Shown here: piece after piece, positions 1 through 10,463 of the stretch | Layout: each line of letters opens with the position of its first letter | Numbering within the stretch: the stretch's first letter is position 1 | Source of the DNA: Candidatus Saliniplasma sp. | Lineage (GTDB): Archaea > Thermoplasmatota > Thermoplasmata > Halarchaeoplasmatales > Halarchaeoplasmataceae | Assembly: GCA_046497075.1 (NCBI GenBank) | Contig: JAWOGF010000059.1 | Location: forward strand, 3,040 to 67,039 | Length of the DNA stretch: 64,000 bases | Direction of reading: 5' to 3' | Position numbers and translations under genes: made by a program | Notes under the pieces: model-generated | Seen by the model: the letters and a program-made list of their open reading frames with translations, nothing else | Told to the model about the DNA's origin: nothing | Database searches by the model: none

Positions 1-152
1 TTCTCAATATACATCTTGGAAAGATTTCTACTTATATTTTCAGCTATCCCATCAGCTATACTGTCTGGATGTCCTATACCTTTTCTTTCAACTATCTCGA
101 TATTCTGTTGTTCGATAGGGGTTTCTATCAGGGTTTCAGCAGCGATATTCAT
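1..152 (-). CDS. S-adenosylmethionine synthetase, archaeal type (N-terminal part; the gene runs off the window start)
   Basis: The reverse complement of bases 1-152 translates to [61 protein letters not shown] is the conserved N-terminal motif of archaeal MAT. This ORF is not in the supplied track because it is truncated. Confidence 0.6.
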   Translation of the reverse strand, partial: MNIAAETLIETPIEQQNIEIVERKGIGHPDSIADGIAENISRNLSKMYIE

Positions 153-322
153 AATATTTCTCCTCTTTACTTTTATTGGCAAATTAAATCATTAACTATC
201 CCTATTGGATCGTACTATCCAAAGAGGACAAAACCTTCACTATAGATACTTTATTAATAATTTATTGTCGTTATTATTCGGATAGGAATAAATCTAAATA
301 GTGTTTTAAACAATATTCAGAT

Positions 323-868
323 ATGTTGAAAGACATAGGGGAAATTCGAGCTGTTAGGAAGAGACTCGGATTGACTCAAACAGAACTAGCTGAAAGATCT
401 GGTGTTAGTCAATCACTGATCGCCAAGATCGAAAACGGAAATACTACGCCATCTTATGAAAAGGGAAGGAAGATATTGGACAAACTCGAAGAGATGATCG
501 AACAAAATTCTATGAATAAGAAAGTAAAAGAAGTACAATCAAAAGATATACTTTCACTGGAAAAAAACGATAAGGTGGAAACCGCTCTGCAGATCATGGA
601 GGAAAATGCTGTTTCACAACTACCCGTTATAGATGGTGGATTGTTGAAAGGAGGCGTAACTGAAAGTAGTCTATTGAAAAACTATGAGACAATAGATAGA
701 GACGTTCCCGTGGAAAAGATAATGGACCCTCCATTCCCACTTATAGATGAGAATGCAGGAATAGAAACTGTCAAAAAATTACTGATGGATCAACCCTGTG
801 TTTTAACATCAAGAGAAGGGCGGATAATAGGTATCGTTACAAAAGTGGATATCTTAGGTGAGATATGA
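323..868 (+). CDS. HTH (XRE-type) transcriptional regulator with C-terminal CBS domain pair
   Basis: The N-terminus LGLTQTELAERSGVSQSLIAKIENG is a typical XRE helix-turn-helix. The C-terminal half has CBS-like repeats (VSQLPVIDGG..., RIIGIVTKVDIL). The stop codon overlaps the start of the next gene in an ATGA arrangement. Confidence 0.7.
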   Translation: MLKDIGEIRAVRKRLGLTQTELAERSGVSQSLIAKIENGNTTPSYEKGRKILDKLEEMIEQNSMNKKVKEVQSKDILSLEKNDKVETALQIMEENAVSQLPVIDGGLLKGGVTESSLLKNYETIDRDVPVEKIMDPPFPLIDENAGIETVKKLLMDQPCVLTSREGRIIGIVTKVDILGEI

Positions 869-3800
869 TGGGTAGTAGAATGATGAGTTTTTTTGTTGTT
901 TTTGTTGTATTGTTGATTTTGGCTTCGCTGTTCAGCGTAGCGGCACCCACATCGGAAAAAGATTTTTCAGAAAAGTATTTTTTATTGCGGGACACCGGTG
1001 AGGAGATATCAGACCGATTGGATAGTTCAGATATGGATCTGATCGAAAGATACGATAACTTCGTACTGATAAGAGGGACTGAGAACGAATTAGAAACTAT
1101 CGATAAAGATGGATTAGACATAGACACTTTGCATAACCATACTAAAGTTTATGTGAAGGGGAAAACCCTGGATATATCTTCCAAAAGATCAGTATCTAGG
1201 TCAGAAAATACCCAGTTTTTGATACGTATGGTGGGCCCTGTAAGGTCTGAGTGGAGAAACGGTCTTGAATCTAAAGGTGTAGATATACTCAATTATGTAC
1301 CGAATTATGCATATCATGTGCGGATGGATCCAGCTCTTCTAAGGGAGCTCAACGAACTCGAATTTGTAGAATGGATAGGTGAGTATCGATCTGATTATAA
1401 GATCCAATCGGATATAGAAACAGGAACTGTCAGTATCGATATCATCCGAGATGAAAATACTATCTCTAAATTGAACAGTTTAATAAACATAAATGCTTCC
1501 AAAGATAGAGGAAGTCGTTCAGAGATATTGACTGAAATTAGAGATCCAGATATATTTGAAAGATTGGTCGAAATGGATGATGTGATATATATCCAGAATA
1601 TCAAAGAACCTTCCTTGACCAGCGAGATGGGATCACAGCTGTTAGGGGGCTTTTGGGATCCGGATGATCCTTCATCGGTTTACCGGGAAACCGGTGATTT
1701 CGGTGCTTATGTGAATCATCTCGGTTATACCGGTGAGGGACTTAACATAACGATCGCGGATACTGGGATAGGAGATGGGACCCAGGGAGATGCGGGTCAT
1801 GATGATTTTACAGGCAGGGTCATAGGAGGTACCGATTTTGGAGTCGAAGATGACTGGAGTGATGGATACGGGCACGGAACACATACCGCTGGTTTAGCTG
1901 CAGGGGATACACATAGCGGGACCGGTCTGCAGTACCAGGGACATGCTCCCTATTATCTATCACAGGGATTAGCATACGATTCGGGACTTTATGCGCAGAA
2001 ACTTTTCGATGATAAAGGAGACTGGTCAGTTCCTATCACAGTATCTTATTATGATATTATAGAGGATGCGAAGCAAAATGGAGATGTGTACATTCATTCA
2101 AATTCTTGGGGTGAAGAAGAGGGGGATGGGGCCTACAGCGATAGTGATTCAGATTATGATAGAGCGGTCAGAGATGCAGATCCGGAAATTACTGACAACC
2201 AGCCTATGGTTATCGTGGCTAGCGCGGGTAATGACGGTGAAAAAGGATATAGTACTATAGGCAGCCCAGGTAATGCTAAGAACGTTATCACCGTCGGGGC
2301 TACGGAATCATACATGCCAGATGCTCATCTATATGGTTCTTCCGGTAGTTCAGATGATCCATATTCGATCCCTTCATTCAGTTCTCAGGGATGGACGGAA
2401 GACAACCGTGTGAAACCCACAGTCGTAGCACCTGGTAGAGTTTCACTTTCCACTAGTACACCGATGTTAGGTGAAAGTAATCTGTGGGGACTATATAGTG
2501 AAGATCAAAGGTATGAATGGGGGTCAGGAACTTCTCAGTCAAACCCTAATGTTGCTGGAGCCGCGGCGGTGGTTTCACAATACTACGAGAATACTTATGG
2601 CCATCTACCCAGCCCTGCAATGGTAAAAGCGATATTGATCAATTCCGCTAGAGATCTAGAAACGGATCATTCAGGGGACGGGAAGATCGACCATATTCCA
2701 AATAGATACGAAGGATGGGGGCTGGTGGATCTAACGAATGTGTTAGGGTCAGATGTTCAATATGTCTCTAACGATCAAACATCTTTGCTAGAAACAGGCG
2801 ATGCCGATGGCTACTACCTGTATCCAGATAGAAACGATGAACCCATGAAGATAACACTCACATGGACCGATAAGCATGCCGAAGCCGAAGATAGTCCCAC
2901 CTTAAAAAACGACCTAAATCTAGAAGTTATCTCCCCCAGCGGTGAAAGATACAAGGGGAACGCATTCGATGAGGGATGGACAAGGGCCGATACTGATACA
3001 TCAACAGAATTCGATGATAACGGCGACGGATTCGATAACAGAAATGTTGTAGAAAACGTTTACATACATCCCGATGAGGTTGAGCGGGGATTTTACGAAG
3101 TGAGGGTCGAAGGTTATAATATCCCGGAGGATACTAACGGAGACGGGACGTCGAATCAGGATTATGCCTTGATGGCTCACAACGCTCTGAATGTAACCTC
3201 TAACGGGAGCGTTAACCTGGATCAGGATAAATACGCTTTGGAGGATACGGTGAACATAACTCTGATGGATTCAGACCTGATCGGGGAAGGGAGTACAGAG
3301 ATAGAGATGGTCAGCGATACGGACCCTGAAGGAAAATTCGTTGAATTGTTCGAAGGTGACATAGACGGCGTATTTACAGGGTCGATCCAGACCTCAGGAG
3401 AACAGAACGACGAAATATTACATGTTTCCCATGACGATCTGATAGAAGCTGTCTACCATGATGAGAATCCATCAGAGGAAAAAACGGCATCGGCTTACAT
3501 CGATGGTCTCCCTGCTGAGATCAGAGATGTAGAAGTTAAAGAAAAATTAGCCGCAGAGTTATCACTAAAAACAGATGAACCTGCTGTAATTTCTGTAAAT
3601 TACGGCATCGACGAGGAGATGGATATGAATTCTGAAACCGAAACCCTCACTGAAGATCATTCGATGATATTAGATAATTTAACACCTAACAGGTCATATT
3701 CTTTTAAAATAAATGTCACAGATGAAGTCGGGAACTGGAGGATCTATGACAATGAAGGAGAATACTATCATTTTAGATCTTCAAACATCGACGAAGTTGA

Positions 3801-5406
3801 AGAAGGTAATATCGGGTGGTCCCCTGATGATGGATGGAAAGTGGTCGACTCTGATTCATACTCTGGAGACCTTTCCTGGAATTTTGGTCAGGGAGATTAT
3901 GGTAGAGAGTTAAACGAGTCGTTGATTTCACCCCACATAGATACCAGCAGATGGCAGAATGTATCACTTTCGTGGTATCACAGATATGATCTTGAGCAGG
4001 GATACGATGGGGGTATAGTTGAGGTCAACGATGGTTCAGGTTGGGAAAAAATTACCCCTGAGGATGGTTACGATGAAGAATTGGATACGGGGTACAATAA
4101 TCCATTAGAAGGAGAACAGGCTTTCACTGGAAATCAAGATGAATGGGTTGAAGAGGTAGTCAATATTTCAAATCAGGAGGATCCTATACTTTTCCGATTC
4201 AGAGTAGGTACCGATACACATGACACAGATCATGAGGGATGGTGGATAGATGATGTCAGGATCGAGGGGGTTGTTACACCCACTGCCAATTTTACATATG
4301 TCCCTGAGAGACCAACATGTACCGATGACATCCAGTTCTACGATACCAGTTATGATCTAGATGGGGATGTAAATTATTCTTGGGATTTTGACGATGGGAA
4401 TCGTTCTTACGAAAAAGAACCGGTGAAAAGATATGATAGATTAGGTTCTTATGACGTTACTTTAACCGTTAGAGACGATAGTGGTATGGAGTCATCTGTT
4501 ACGAAAACTATCGAGGTCGTTAACATCCCACCCCGGCCGGATTTCACCTACGAACCTGCAGATCCAACGGCCAAAGATGATGTCGAATTTATCAGTGATT
4601 CTTACGATCCCGATGGAGATATAGTTGAATACCACTGGGACTTTGACGATGGGAACGTTTCAGATGGAGAGGTAGTGAACCACAGTTATTCCTTCAGCGG
4701 AAGCTACCTGGTGAGTCTGGTAGTTTGGGATGATAACGGTGAAGAAAATCAAACAACTAAAGAGGTTGAGATAGAAAATCTTCCACCTGAACCTTCATTC
4801 GATTATTCCCCTGCCAAAATATATACCGGTCATGAAGTCCAATTCGAAGAGGACAGCTTTGACTACGATGGGTGGATAAGTGAATGGTCATGGGATTTCG
4901 GAGATGGTGAGAGCTCTGACATTCTAGAACCTACCCACACATATGAGGAGGCAGGTGAATATGAGATCGCCCTGACCATTGAAGACAATAAGGGGACTAG
5001 GAACAGTACCCAAAGCATCATAAAAGTTGAAAGCTCAGATCCGATCGCTGATTTCTCTTTCGATCCAGAAAAACCCTTAGAAGGGGGGGAGGTCCGTTTC
5101 TCCGACAATAGTACGGAGAGACCTGATGAAATAGTTTCATGGTCTTGGGAATTTGATGATGGAGCTGTATCCGAAGAGCAGGATCCGACCCACGTATTTC
5201 AAGAACCAGGAGAATACATTGTTGAATTAACCGTTACAGATGAAAACGGGGATAGTAACACCACGACTAAAACTGTAGTAGTCGAGAAAAAACCTTTCCT
5301 TCAATGGTGGGGCTGGGTGTTGTTAGCGGGGGCCATATCATCAGGGATTATCATAGGATGGTTGTACATAAAATATTGGCACATAGATAAAGGGGATAAC
5401 TCATAG
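865..5406 (+). CDS. Large secreted or membrane-anchored subtilisin-like serine protease (peptidase S8) with four PKD-like repeats and a C-terminal transmembrane anchor
   Basis: There is an N-terminal signal or transmembrane segment. The subtilase catalytic motifs are present: Asp (ADTGIGDG), His (GHGTHTAG) and Ser (GTSQSNPNVAGAAA). A repeated WDFDDGN motif occurs four times, as in PKD domains (about nt 4260-5280). The protein ends with a hydrophobic helix, WGWVLLAGAISSGIIIGWLY. It is extremely acidic. Confidence 0.85.
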   Translation: MMGSRMMSFFVVFVVLLILASLFSVAAPTSEKDFSEKYFLLRDTGEEISDRLDSSDMDLIERYDNFVLIRGTENELETIDKDGLDIDTLHNHTKVYVKGKTLDISSKRSVSRSENTQFLIRMVGPVRSEWRNGLESKGVDILNYVPNYAYHVRMDPALLRELNELEFVEWIGEYRSDYKIQSDIETGTVSIDIIRDENTISKLNSLININASKDRGSRSEILTEIRDPDIFERLVEMDDVIYIQNIKEPSLTSEMGSQLLGGFWDPDDPSSVYRETGDFGAYVNHLGYTGEGLNITIADTGIGDGTQGDAGHDDFTGRVIGGTDFGVEDDWSDGYGHGTHTAGLAAGDTHSGTGLQYQGHAPYYLSQGLAYDSGLYAQKLFDDKGDWSVPITVSYYDIIEDAKQNGDVYIHSNSWGEEEGDGAYSDSDSDYDRAVRDADPEITDNQPMVIVASAGNDGEKGYSTIGSPGNAKNVITVGATESYMPDAHLYGSSGSSDDPYSIPSFSSQGWTEDNRVKPTVVAPGRVSLSTSTPMLGESNLWGLYSEDQRYEWGSGTSQSNPNVAGAAAVVSQYYENTYGHLPSPAMVKAILINSARDLETDHSGDGKIDHIPNRYEGWGLVDLTNVLGSDVQYVSNDQTSLLETGDADGYYLYPDRNDEPMKITLTWTDKHAEAEDSPTLKNDLNLEVISPSGERYKGNAFDEGWTRADTDTSTEFDDNGDGFDNRNVVENVYIHPDEVERGFYEVRVEGYNIPEDTNGDGTSNQDYALMAHNALNVTSNGSVNLDQDKYALEDTVNITLMDSDLIGEGSTEIEMVSDTDPEGKFVELFEGDIDGVFTGSIQTSGEQNDEILHVSHDDLIEAVYHDENPSEEKTASAYIDGLPAEIRDVEVKEKLAAELSLKTDEPAVISVNYGIDEEMDMNSETETLTEDHSMILDNLTPNRSYSFKINVTDEVGNWRIYDNEGEYYHFRSSNIDEVEEGNIGWSPDDGWKVVDSDSYSGDLSWNFGQGDYGRELNESLISPHIDTSRWQNVSLSWYHRYDLEQGYDGGIVEVNDGSGWEKITPEDGYDEELDTGYNNPLEGEQAFTGNQDEWVEEVVNISNQEDPILFRFRVGTDTHDTDHEGWWIDDVRIEGVVTPTANFTYVPERPTCTDDIQFYDTSYDLDGDVNYSWDFDDGNRSYEKEPVKRYDRLGSYDVTLTVRDDSGMESSVTKTIEVVNIPPRPDFTYEPADPTAKDDVEFISDSYDPDGDIVEYHWDFDDGNVSDGEVVNHSYSFSGSYLVSLVVWDDNGEENQTTKEVEIENLPPEPSFDYSPAKIYTGHEVQFEEDSFDYDGWISEWSWDFGDGESSDILEPTHTYEEAGEYEIALTIEDNKGTRNSTQSIIKVESSDPIADFSFDPEKPLEGGEVRFSDNSTERPDEIVSWSWEFDDGAVSEEQDPTHVFQEPGEYIVELTVTDENGDSNTTTKTVVVEKKPFLQWWGWVLLAGAISSGIIIGWLYIKYWHIDKGDNS

Positions 5407-5436
5407 ATTCTCGTAGGACCTCATAAGACCTTAACC

Positions 5437-7185
5437 TTACATCCCCCAAAAAGGTTCCTCCTGCTGCTTGATCTCTTTTATCTCATCTAATATTCTTTCC
5501 TCATCAAAGGTGAGTTCTATATCTTTCAGTTTCTTAGCGTCACCTTCTGGCATTTCTATATACAGGTCCTCTTTTTCTTCTATCTGCCTACCAACGGTCA
5601 CACCTGATATGGCTATAGCTACCTCATCACCCTGTTCTGCGTGATCTAACGATCTATCCCCCTCCCTTATACTTTTGATCCTGCCAGTCACTCTACCGCT
5701 CTTTTTAAGCAGCCTACTACCCGGTCTGAGTTTCCCCGCGAGCACCCTTACCCCTACTATCGCGGGTTTGCTAATCCTGAATGTATGGTCTTCGAGGATA
5801 CGGAATTTACAGGGGAAAACAATCTCTCTTCTTTTTTCTTCCTCGATCTTCCTTTTCTGCTCTTCTTTCCAGTCCTTATAGTCATCTACCAACCGGTAGA
5901 CCACGTCGTTCTCTATCACTTTCACGTCCGACTGTTTTAGATCTTCCTTAGCGTCGGGTAGGACATTAACATTGAAGGCCAGTATGGTCTTATGTAAAAG
6001 GTCCTTCATAGTATCCGCGTCGACTATATCTTTCTGAGAAACATCTCCGACAGAAGCTCTTCCGATGGGGATATCTTCATCTTTAAGTTCGAAGGCGAGT
6101 CCCTCTAAAGATCCTATCGCATCAGCCTTGATTATCACACCTTCTTCTTCGATCTGAATGTTTGCTTCGCTCTCTTTTTGAACGGACCTCATCACTTCAT
6201 CGACGTCTTTGTCCCAGATCGCTCTTATCGGTGCACCAGCTACTATACCTTCCGTTTCAGGTGTTACTATTTTTATACCCGCTGCAGCATTGATCTCTTT
6301 GACCTCATCAAATCTCTCTTTTGGGTCTCTGATCTCATCCATAGGTTTGGGTTTGAGAAGTGATTTTATCCTAGTTCTGATGGGTTTGTTTCTAGTGCCG
6401 ATGACCACCTCATCACCCTTTCTTAAAGTCCCTTGGTAAATTATGGTGTCTAAAGTAGTCCCCAAGCCCAATTCCTCTTTTACCTCAAGGACCGTACCTT
6501 CTCCTGGACCTTCCTCAACTTCGAGCTCGTTTTTAAGAAAGGTTTGAGCCAGTCCGATAAGAGTCATCAACATGTCCTCTACACCCTCTCCTGTCTCGGC
6601 ACTCATTGGGACTATAGCTATATTTTTTGAAAAATCGTCTATAGCGTCGTACCGGTCCGAAGAAAATCCCATGTCGTAAAGATCACCGATGATCTCGTAA
6701 AGCGCATCGGTCATCCTATCCCGGGCACTTTTACTCTGTTCCTGAAAAGATCGTATGAAAGGTTTATTTTTTGAGTCCCAGCCTGCGATCCTATCTACCT
6801 TATTTGCCCCGATTATAAAAGGGGTTTCGTTTCTTTTTAATATCTCGATGGATTCTTTGGTCTGGGGCATCAGTCCGTCGTTTATATCGATTATGAGTAC
6901 AGCAAGGTCTGATAATGCTCCCCCCCTCGATCTCAATGTCATAAACGAGTGGTGCCCGGGTGTATCGATAAAAAGCAAACCAGGTAAGGAAAATTCTACC
7001 TCACAGCCCAATACCTCACAAGCTTTTTTCAAAGCTCCGACAGGGACTTCAGTAGCACCTATGTGCTGAGTTATCTTACCAGCCTCGCGATCAGCCACAG
7101 TACTACCCCTGATCCGATCTAAAAAGGTGGTCTTGCCATGATCGACATGGCCTAGAACGCTCACTATGGGCTGTCTTATTGGCAT
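5437..7185 (-). CDS. infB: Translation initiation factor aIF5B (IF-2 homolog)
   Basis: The N-terminus has the GTPase motif VSVLGHVDHGKTTFLDRIRGS. DTPGH and NKVD motifs follow. The length, 582 aa, is typical for an aIF5B without an intein. Confidence 0.9.
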   Translation of the reverse strand: MPIRQPIVSVLGHVDHGKTTFLDRIRGSTVADREAGKITQHIGATEVPVGALKKACEVLGCEVEFSLPGLLFIDTPGHHSFMTLRSRGGALSDLAVLIIDINDGLMPQTKESIEILKRNETPFIIGANKVDRIAGWDSKNKPFIRSFQEQSKSARDRMTDALYEIIGDLYDMGFSSDRYDAIDDFSKNIAIVPMSAETGEGVEDMLMTLIGLAQTFLKNELEVEEGPGEGTVLEVKEELGLGTTLDTIIYQGTLRKGDEVVIGTRNKPIRTRIKSLLKPKPMDEIRDPKERFDEVKEINAAAGIKIVTPETEGIVAGAPIRAIWDKDVDEVMRSVQKESEANIQIEEEGVIIKADAIGSLEGLAFELKDEDIPIGRASVGDVSQKDIVDADTMKDLLHKTILAFNVNVLPDAKEDLKQSDVKVIENDVVYRLVDDYKDWKEEQKRKIEEEKRREIVFPCKFRILEDHTFRISKPAIVGVRVLAGKLRPGSRLLKKSGRVTGRIKSIREGDRSLDHAEQGDEVAIAISGVTVGRQIEEKEDLYIEMPEGDAKKLKDIELTFDEERILDEIKEIKQQEEPFWGM

Positions 7186-7285
7186 TAAAGAGTCTTATCT
7201 GAATTAAGTATTTATCTTTTTTCCGACGTTTACAGATTTCTAAAATACTTTCTTTATCATGCTGATATATAGGATCTGATCGTGA

Positions 7286-8005
7286 TCATTCCTTCGCACC
7301 AGAGAACCAATGATGTTCACTTATTTGTTCAAATCCAAGAGATTCTGCTAAAGAGATCGATGCCTCGTTATCTTTAAAAATATCGACTACCGGTATCTGA
7401 CCATTCTCTTCCGCATATCTGCACATCTGTTCTGTGATGGCTTTTGCAAACCCCCTTCTTCTCCAATCCTCTTTCACATGAAGAAAACCAAGATTTAGTA
7501 CCTGATCGGTTATATAATGCGTCAGAGTCCATGCCACAAGTTCACCATCTCTTCTGATACCGTAAGCCGGACCATTACTTATCCTTTCAGATATATAATC
7601 TGTAGAATCACTCCCCTGGAGCCCCCAATATTTGTTTATCTCCTCGGCATCACCTACAACTAATTTTTCTACGTCAATGTCTGGTCCCTCAAAGTTCCGA
7701 CTAGGGCGTTTATAGAACCACGTAGGGCGATCATCTTCTATAGAGATGATCTTTTTTGCGGCCTGATATCCCTCGTTGTCGACGGCATGAAATCTGTATT
7801 CACCGTCGTCGATCTCTGATAAGACGCTGACCAGACCATCTTTATCCCCCCTCATCGAGATATAACCGTCCGATTCGATCAGAACGACTTTATGGTCCTT
7901 GTCATTATAAACAATTACATCATAATCATCCAGTCTTGCGATCAAATAGGAGTTCTTAAGGGGTTCCTTTTGTAAAAATCTCTTTGCTTGCATTCTCTGT
8001 TTCAT
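7286..8005 (-). CDS. GNAT-family N-acetyltransferase
   Basis: A GNAT core is present. The acetyl-CoA motif is VKEDWRRRGFAKAI. It is followed by a beta-strand and ends in SLGFE. Confidence 0.55.
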   Translation of the reverse strand: MKQRMQAKRFLQKEPLKNSYLIARLDDYDVIVYNDKDHKVVLIESDGYISMRGDKDGLVSVLSEIDDGEYRFHAVDNEGYQAAKKIISIEDDRPTWFYKRPSRNFEGPDIDVEKLVVGDAEEINKYWGLQGSDSTDYISERISNGPAYGIRRDGELVAWTLTHYITDQVLNLGFLHVKEDWRRRGFAKAITEQMCRYAEENGQIPVVDIFKDNEASISLAESLGFEQISEHHWFSGAKE

Positions 8006-8119
8006 GGTATGATTTAGTAAGATTTGATATTTTTATCTGTCGATTGTTTTTCAACCTGATAGTATCGGATACATCATCTTTCGGAAAATATAAAATGTAC
8101 CTGCAATCCTATATAACCG

Positions 8120-8548
8120 ATGACATACGCCTTCGTCGATCTAAATCTGGTCATAAATGCTTTGATAGCCGTCGGTCTCGGTGCGTTGATAGGGTTGGAA
8201 AGGGAGCACCGGGAAGACAAAAAGATGGTGATCGCCGGCGTTCGAACATTCCCTATGACATCTCTTACAGGCGTGATCTTCGCATTCCTTTCCCAAGAGT
8301 TAGGGTATTCCCTGATAGATGTCGGCCTGCTTATATTTGGAGGGTTTGCGATACTTTTAGCGTACCTAAAATACGAAGTCCACACCATCGGAATAACTAC
8401 ACCTGTGGCATTTTTCCTGACCTTTCTAATAGGTTTGATGGTCCAAAACGGATTTATTGCCGAATCGGCATTCTTGACGGTTCTTATAACGCTACTACTT
8501 CTGACCAAGGAAAGGCTGCACAAGATCGCTAGAAATATCGGCAGATGA
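8120..8548 (+). CDS. MgtC/SapB-family membrane protein
   Basis: AVGLGALIGLEREHREDKKMVIAGVRTF matches the MgtC signature (GxERE). Four hydrophobic helices are present. The overlapping + ORF at 7984..8532 is judged spurious. Confidence 0.6.
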   Translation: MTYAFVDLNLVINALIAVGLGALIGLEREHREDKKMVIAGVRTFPMTSLTGVIFAFLSQELGYSLIDVGLLIFGGFAILLAYLKYEVHTIGITTPVAFFLTFLIGLMVQNGFIAESAFLTVLITLLLLTKERLHKIARNIGR

Positions 8549-8588
8549 AGGTATAATTTTATATGATTGCGATTAATCGAGTAATATC

Positions 8589-9809
8589 ATGGATATTATA
8601 GATATAGCTGAAAAGGCCTTAGAAAAGGAACTGTGTGATCATTGTCTAGGAAGGTTATTTGCACAGTTAGGACATGGTCTCACAAACAAGGAAAGAGGGA
8701 AAGCAGTGAGAGTTTTTTATTCTATGGCTAAGACGGGTGAAGAGAAGGTCGAGGTCCCAGAGAGCAGTGATGTATGTTCGGTATGCGATAATATCTTTGA
8801 AGAGTTGGATCATTTTGCCTCACTGATCGCAGAAGGATTTGAAGACTTTGAATTCGATACTTTTTTAGTCGGTACCAGGATCGATCCCGAAATAGAGGAA
8901 AACGAAGAACTTCTATGGGCCGAACTCAATGTGACCACTTCAGAACCTATAAAATCCGAGCTGAATAGGGAGATCGGGAAGAAAGTTTTTGATAAAGTAG
9001 AGGCAGATGTTGACCTCGAAAGACCTGATCTCAAGGGTATCCTAGACACTAGATTCGATACAGTGGATATAGAGGTGGCGCCCCTTTTTGTTTACGGTAG
9101 ATATAGAAAACTCAACAGAGAGATACCTCAAACGAAATGGATATGTAAAGAATGCTGGGGTAAAGGATGCGATCACTGTGATGGTAAAGGTAAGATGTAT
9201 GAAACAAGTGTTGAAGAGATCATCGGTGAGCCCCTAAAAGAGATGGCCTTCGGTGAAGACTTCACATTACATGGGATGGGCAGAGAGGATATAGACGCTA
9301 AGATGGTAGGGAACGGCCGACCATTCGTCATGGAGATAAAGAATCCTATAAAAAGAGATATCGATTTTGAAGAGTTACAGAATGAGATTGAGGATGACGA
9401 TCGAGTCGAAGTCGAGTCCTTATCTTTTACTGATAGAGATAAGATAGTTGAGATAAAAGAAGCGGCAGCGGATAAGACATACAAGGTTAAGGTCGAACAT
9501 TCTTCAAAAGTTGATAGGGCAAAATATAAAAAGGCCTTGCATTCTTTAAAGGGAACGAAGATCTCACAGAGGACCCCTCATAGAGTAAGCCACAGACGAA
9601 GCGATAAGACTAGGATACGAGAATTGAAAGATATATATCTAGAAAACCTCGAAGATGAGATATCGGAGATAGTCATGAGATGTGAATCAGGTATGTACGT
9701 TAAGGAGATGGTACATGGAGATGATGGTCGTACCGAACCTAATCTCACCGAAAAACTAGGGGTTGGATGTGACGTCCTTGAATTGGACGTAATAAAAGTA
9801 CACTACTAA
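8589..9809 (+). CDS. tRNA pseudouridine synthase Pus10-like protein
   Basis: Two N-terminal CxxC pairs (CDHCLGRLF and CSVCDNIF) form the Pus10 zinc ribbon. A further Cys cluster (CKECWGKGCDHCDGKG) and a C-terminal catalytic-domain-like region follow. The 406-aa length is archaeal. Confidence 0.55.
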   Translation: MDIIDIAEKALEKELCDHCLGRLFAQLGHGLTNKERGKAVRVFYSMAKTGEEKVEVPESSDVCSVCDNIFEELDHFASLIAEGFEDFEFDTFLVGTRIDPEIEENEELLWAELNVTTSEPIKSELNREIGKKVFDKVEADVDLERPDLKGILDTRFDTVDIEVAPLFVYGRYRKLNREIPQTKWICKECWGKGCDHCDGKGKMYETSVEEIIGEPLKEMAFGEDFTLHGMGREDIDAKMVGNGRPFVMEIKNPIKRDIDFEELQNEIEDDDRVEVESLSFTDRDKIVEIKEAAADKTYKVKVEHSSKVDRAKYKKALHSLKGTKISQRTPHRVSHRRSDKTRIRELKDIYLENLEDEISEIVMRCESGMYVKEMVHGDDGRTEPNLTEKLGVGCDVLELDVIKVHY

Positions 9810-9819
9810 ATGGATGTGA

Positions 9820-10116
9820 TTGGTCATGAAGAAGTCTAAAGGAATAAGACAGGGAACCAGAAAAATACTAAGGAAAAAACCTAGAGAAAGGGGGATGATC
9901 CCGATAACCCGAGCTCTGAAGGAGTTCGAGAAAGGAGAGAAAACAAGGATCAAGATCGAGCCTAGCGTGCATAAAGGTAGACCCCATAGAAGATTTCATG
10001 GTAAAACCGGTGTGGTTACTGGGAAACAGGGAGATGCCTTTGTAGTCGAAGTTGAAGACGGAGGTAAAGTCAAAAAGATCATCGCTAGATCTGAGCATCT
10101 TCGTAAATTGAAATGA
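9820..10116 (+). CDS. rpl21e: 50S ribosomal protein L21e
   Basis: The N-terminus KSKGIRQGTRKILRKKPRERG and ...HKGRPHRRFHGKTGVVTG match the L21e family. The gene order L21e, RpoF, DUF655 is conserved in archaea. Confidence 0.85.
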   Translation: MVMKKSKGIRQGTRKILRKKPRERGMIPITRALKEFEKGEKTRIKIEPSVHKGRPHRRFHGKTGVVTGKQGDAFVVEVEDGGKVKKIIARSEHLRKLK

Positions 10117-10126
10117 GGGGGAGAAT

Positions 10127-10459
10127 ATGGCAGAAGAATCCAGATATGTTTCACTAACTGAGGTTAAAGAGCTCTTAGAGAAAGAGGCTGAGGAAAGGGA
10201 AATTTCTTATGAACAGAGTCTTGCACTGAGTCATGCAGAAAAATTCGTTAAACTCGATGTCGAAGAGACTGAAGAGTTAATAGATAAGCTTCAAGAAGAG
10301 TTCAAATTCATGAAAGAAGAATTGGCATACAAGACAGCAGATATATTACCGACAGAGGTAGACGGTGTTTTAGCCGTATTTTCAAAAGATCGATACACAC
10401 CTTCAAAAGATGAAGCTGAAGATATAATCAATTTGATCAAAAAATACGTGGAAGGTTAG
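10127..10459 (+). CDS. rpoF: DNA-directed RNA polymerase subunit F (Rpo4/RpoF)
   Basis: This is a 110-aa acidic helical protein directly downstream of L21e. VSLTEVKELLEKE...LSHAEKF is characteristic of Rpb4/RpoF. Confidence 0.6.
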   Translation: MAEESRYVSLTEVKELLEKEAEEREISYEQSLALSHAEKFVKLDVEETEELIDKLQEEFKFMKEELAYKTADILPTEVDGVLAVFSKDRYTPSKDEAEDIINLIKKYVEG

Positions 10460-10463
10460 TAAA

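Noticed and set aside
5437-7185. Checked aIF5B for an intein insertion, which is common in archaeal infB
   Set aside because: The length (582 aa) and the contiguous GTPase motifs show no insertion.
7984-8532. 182-aa + strand ORF overlapping the MgtC gene in another frame
   Set aside because: The sequence is Arg/Ser-rich and low-complexity with no motif. The overlapping frame (8120..8548) has a clear MgtC signature and transmembrane helices.
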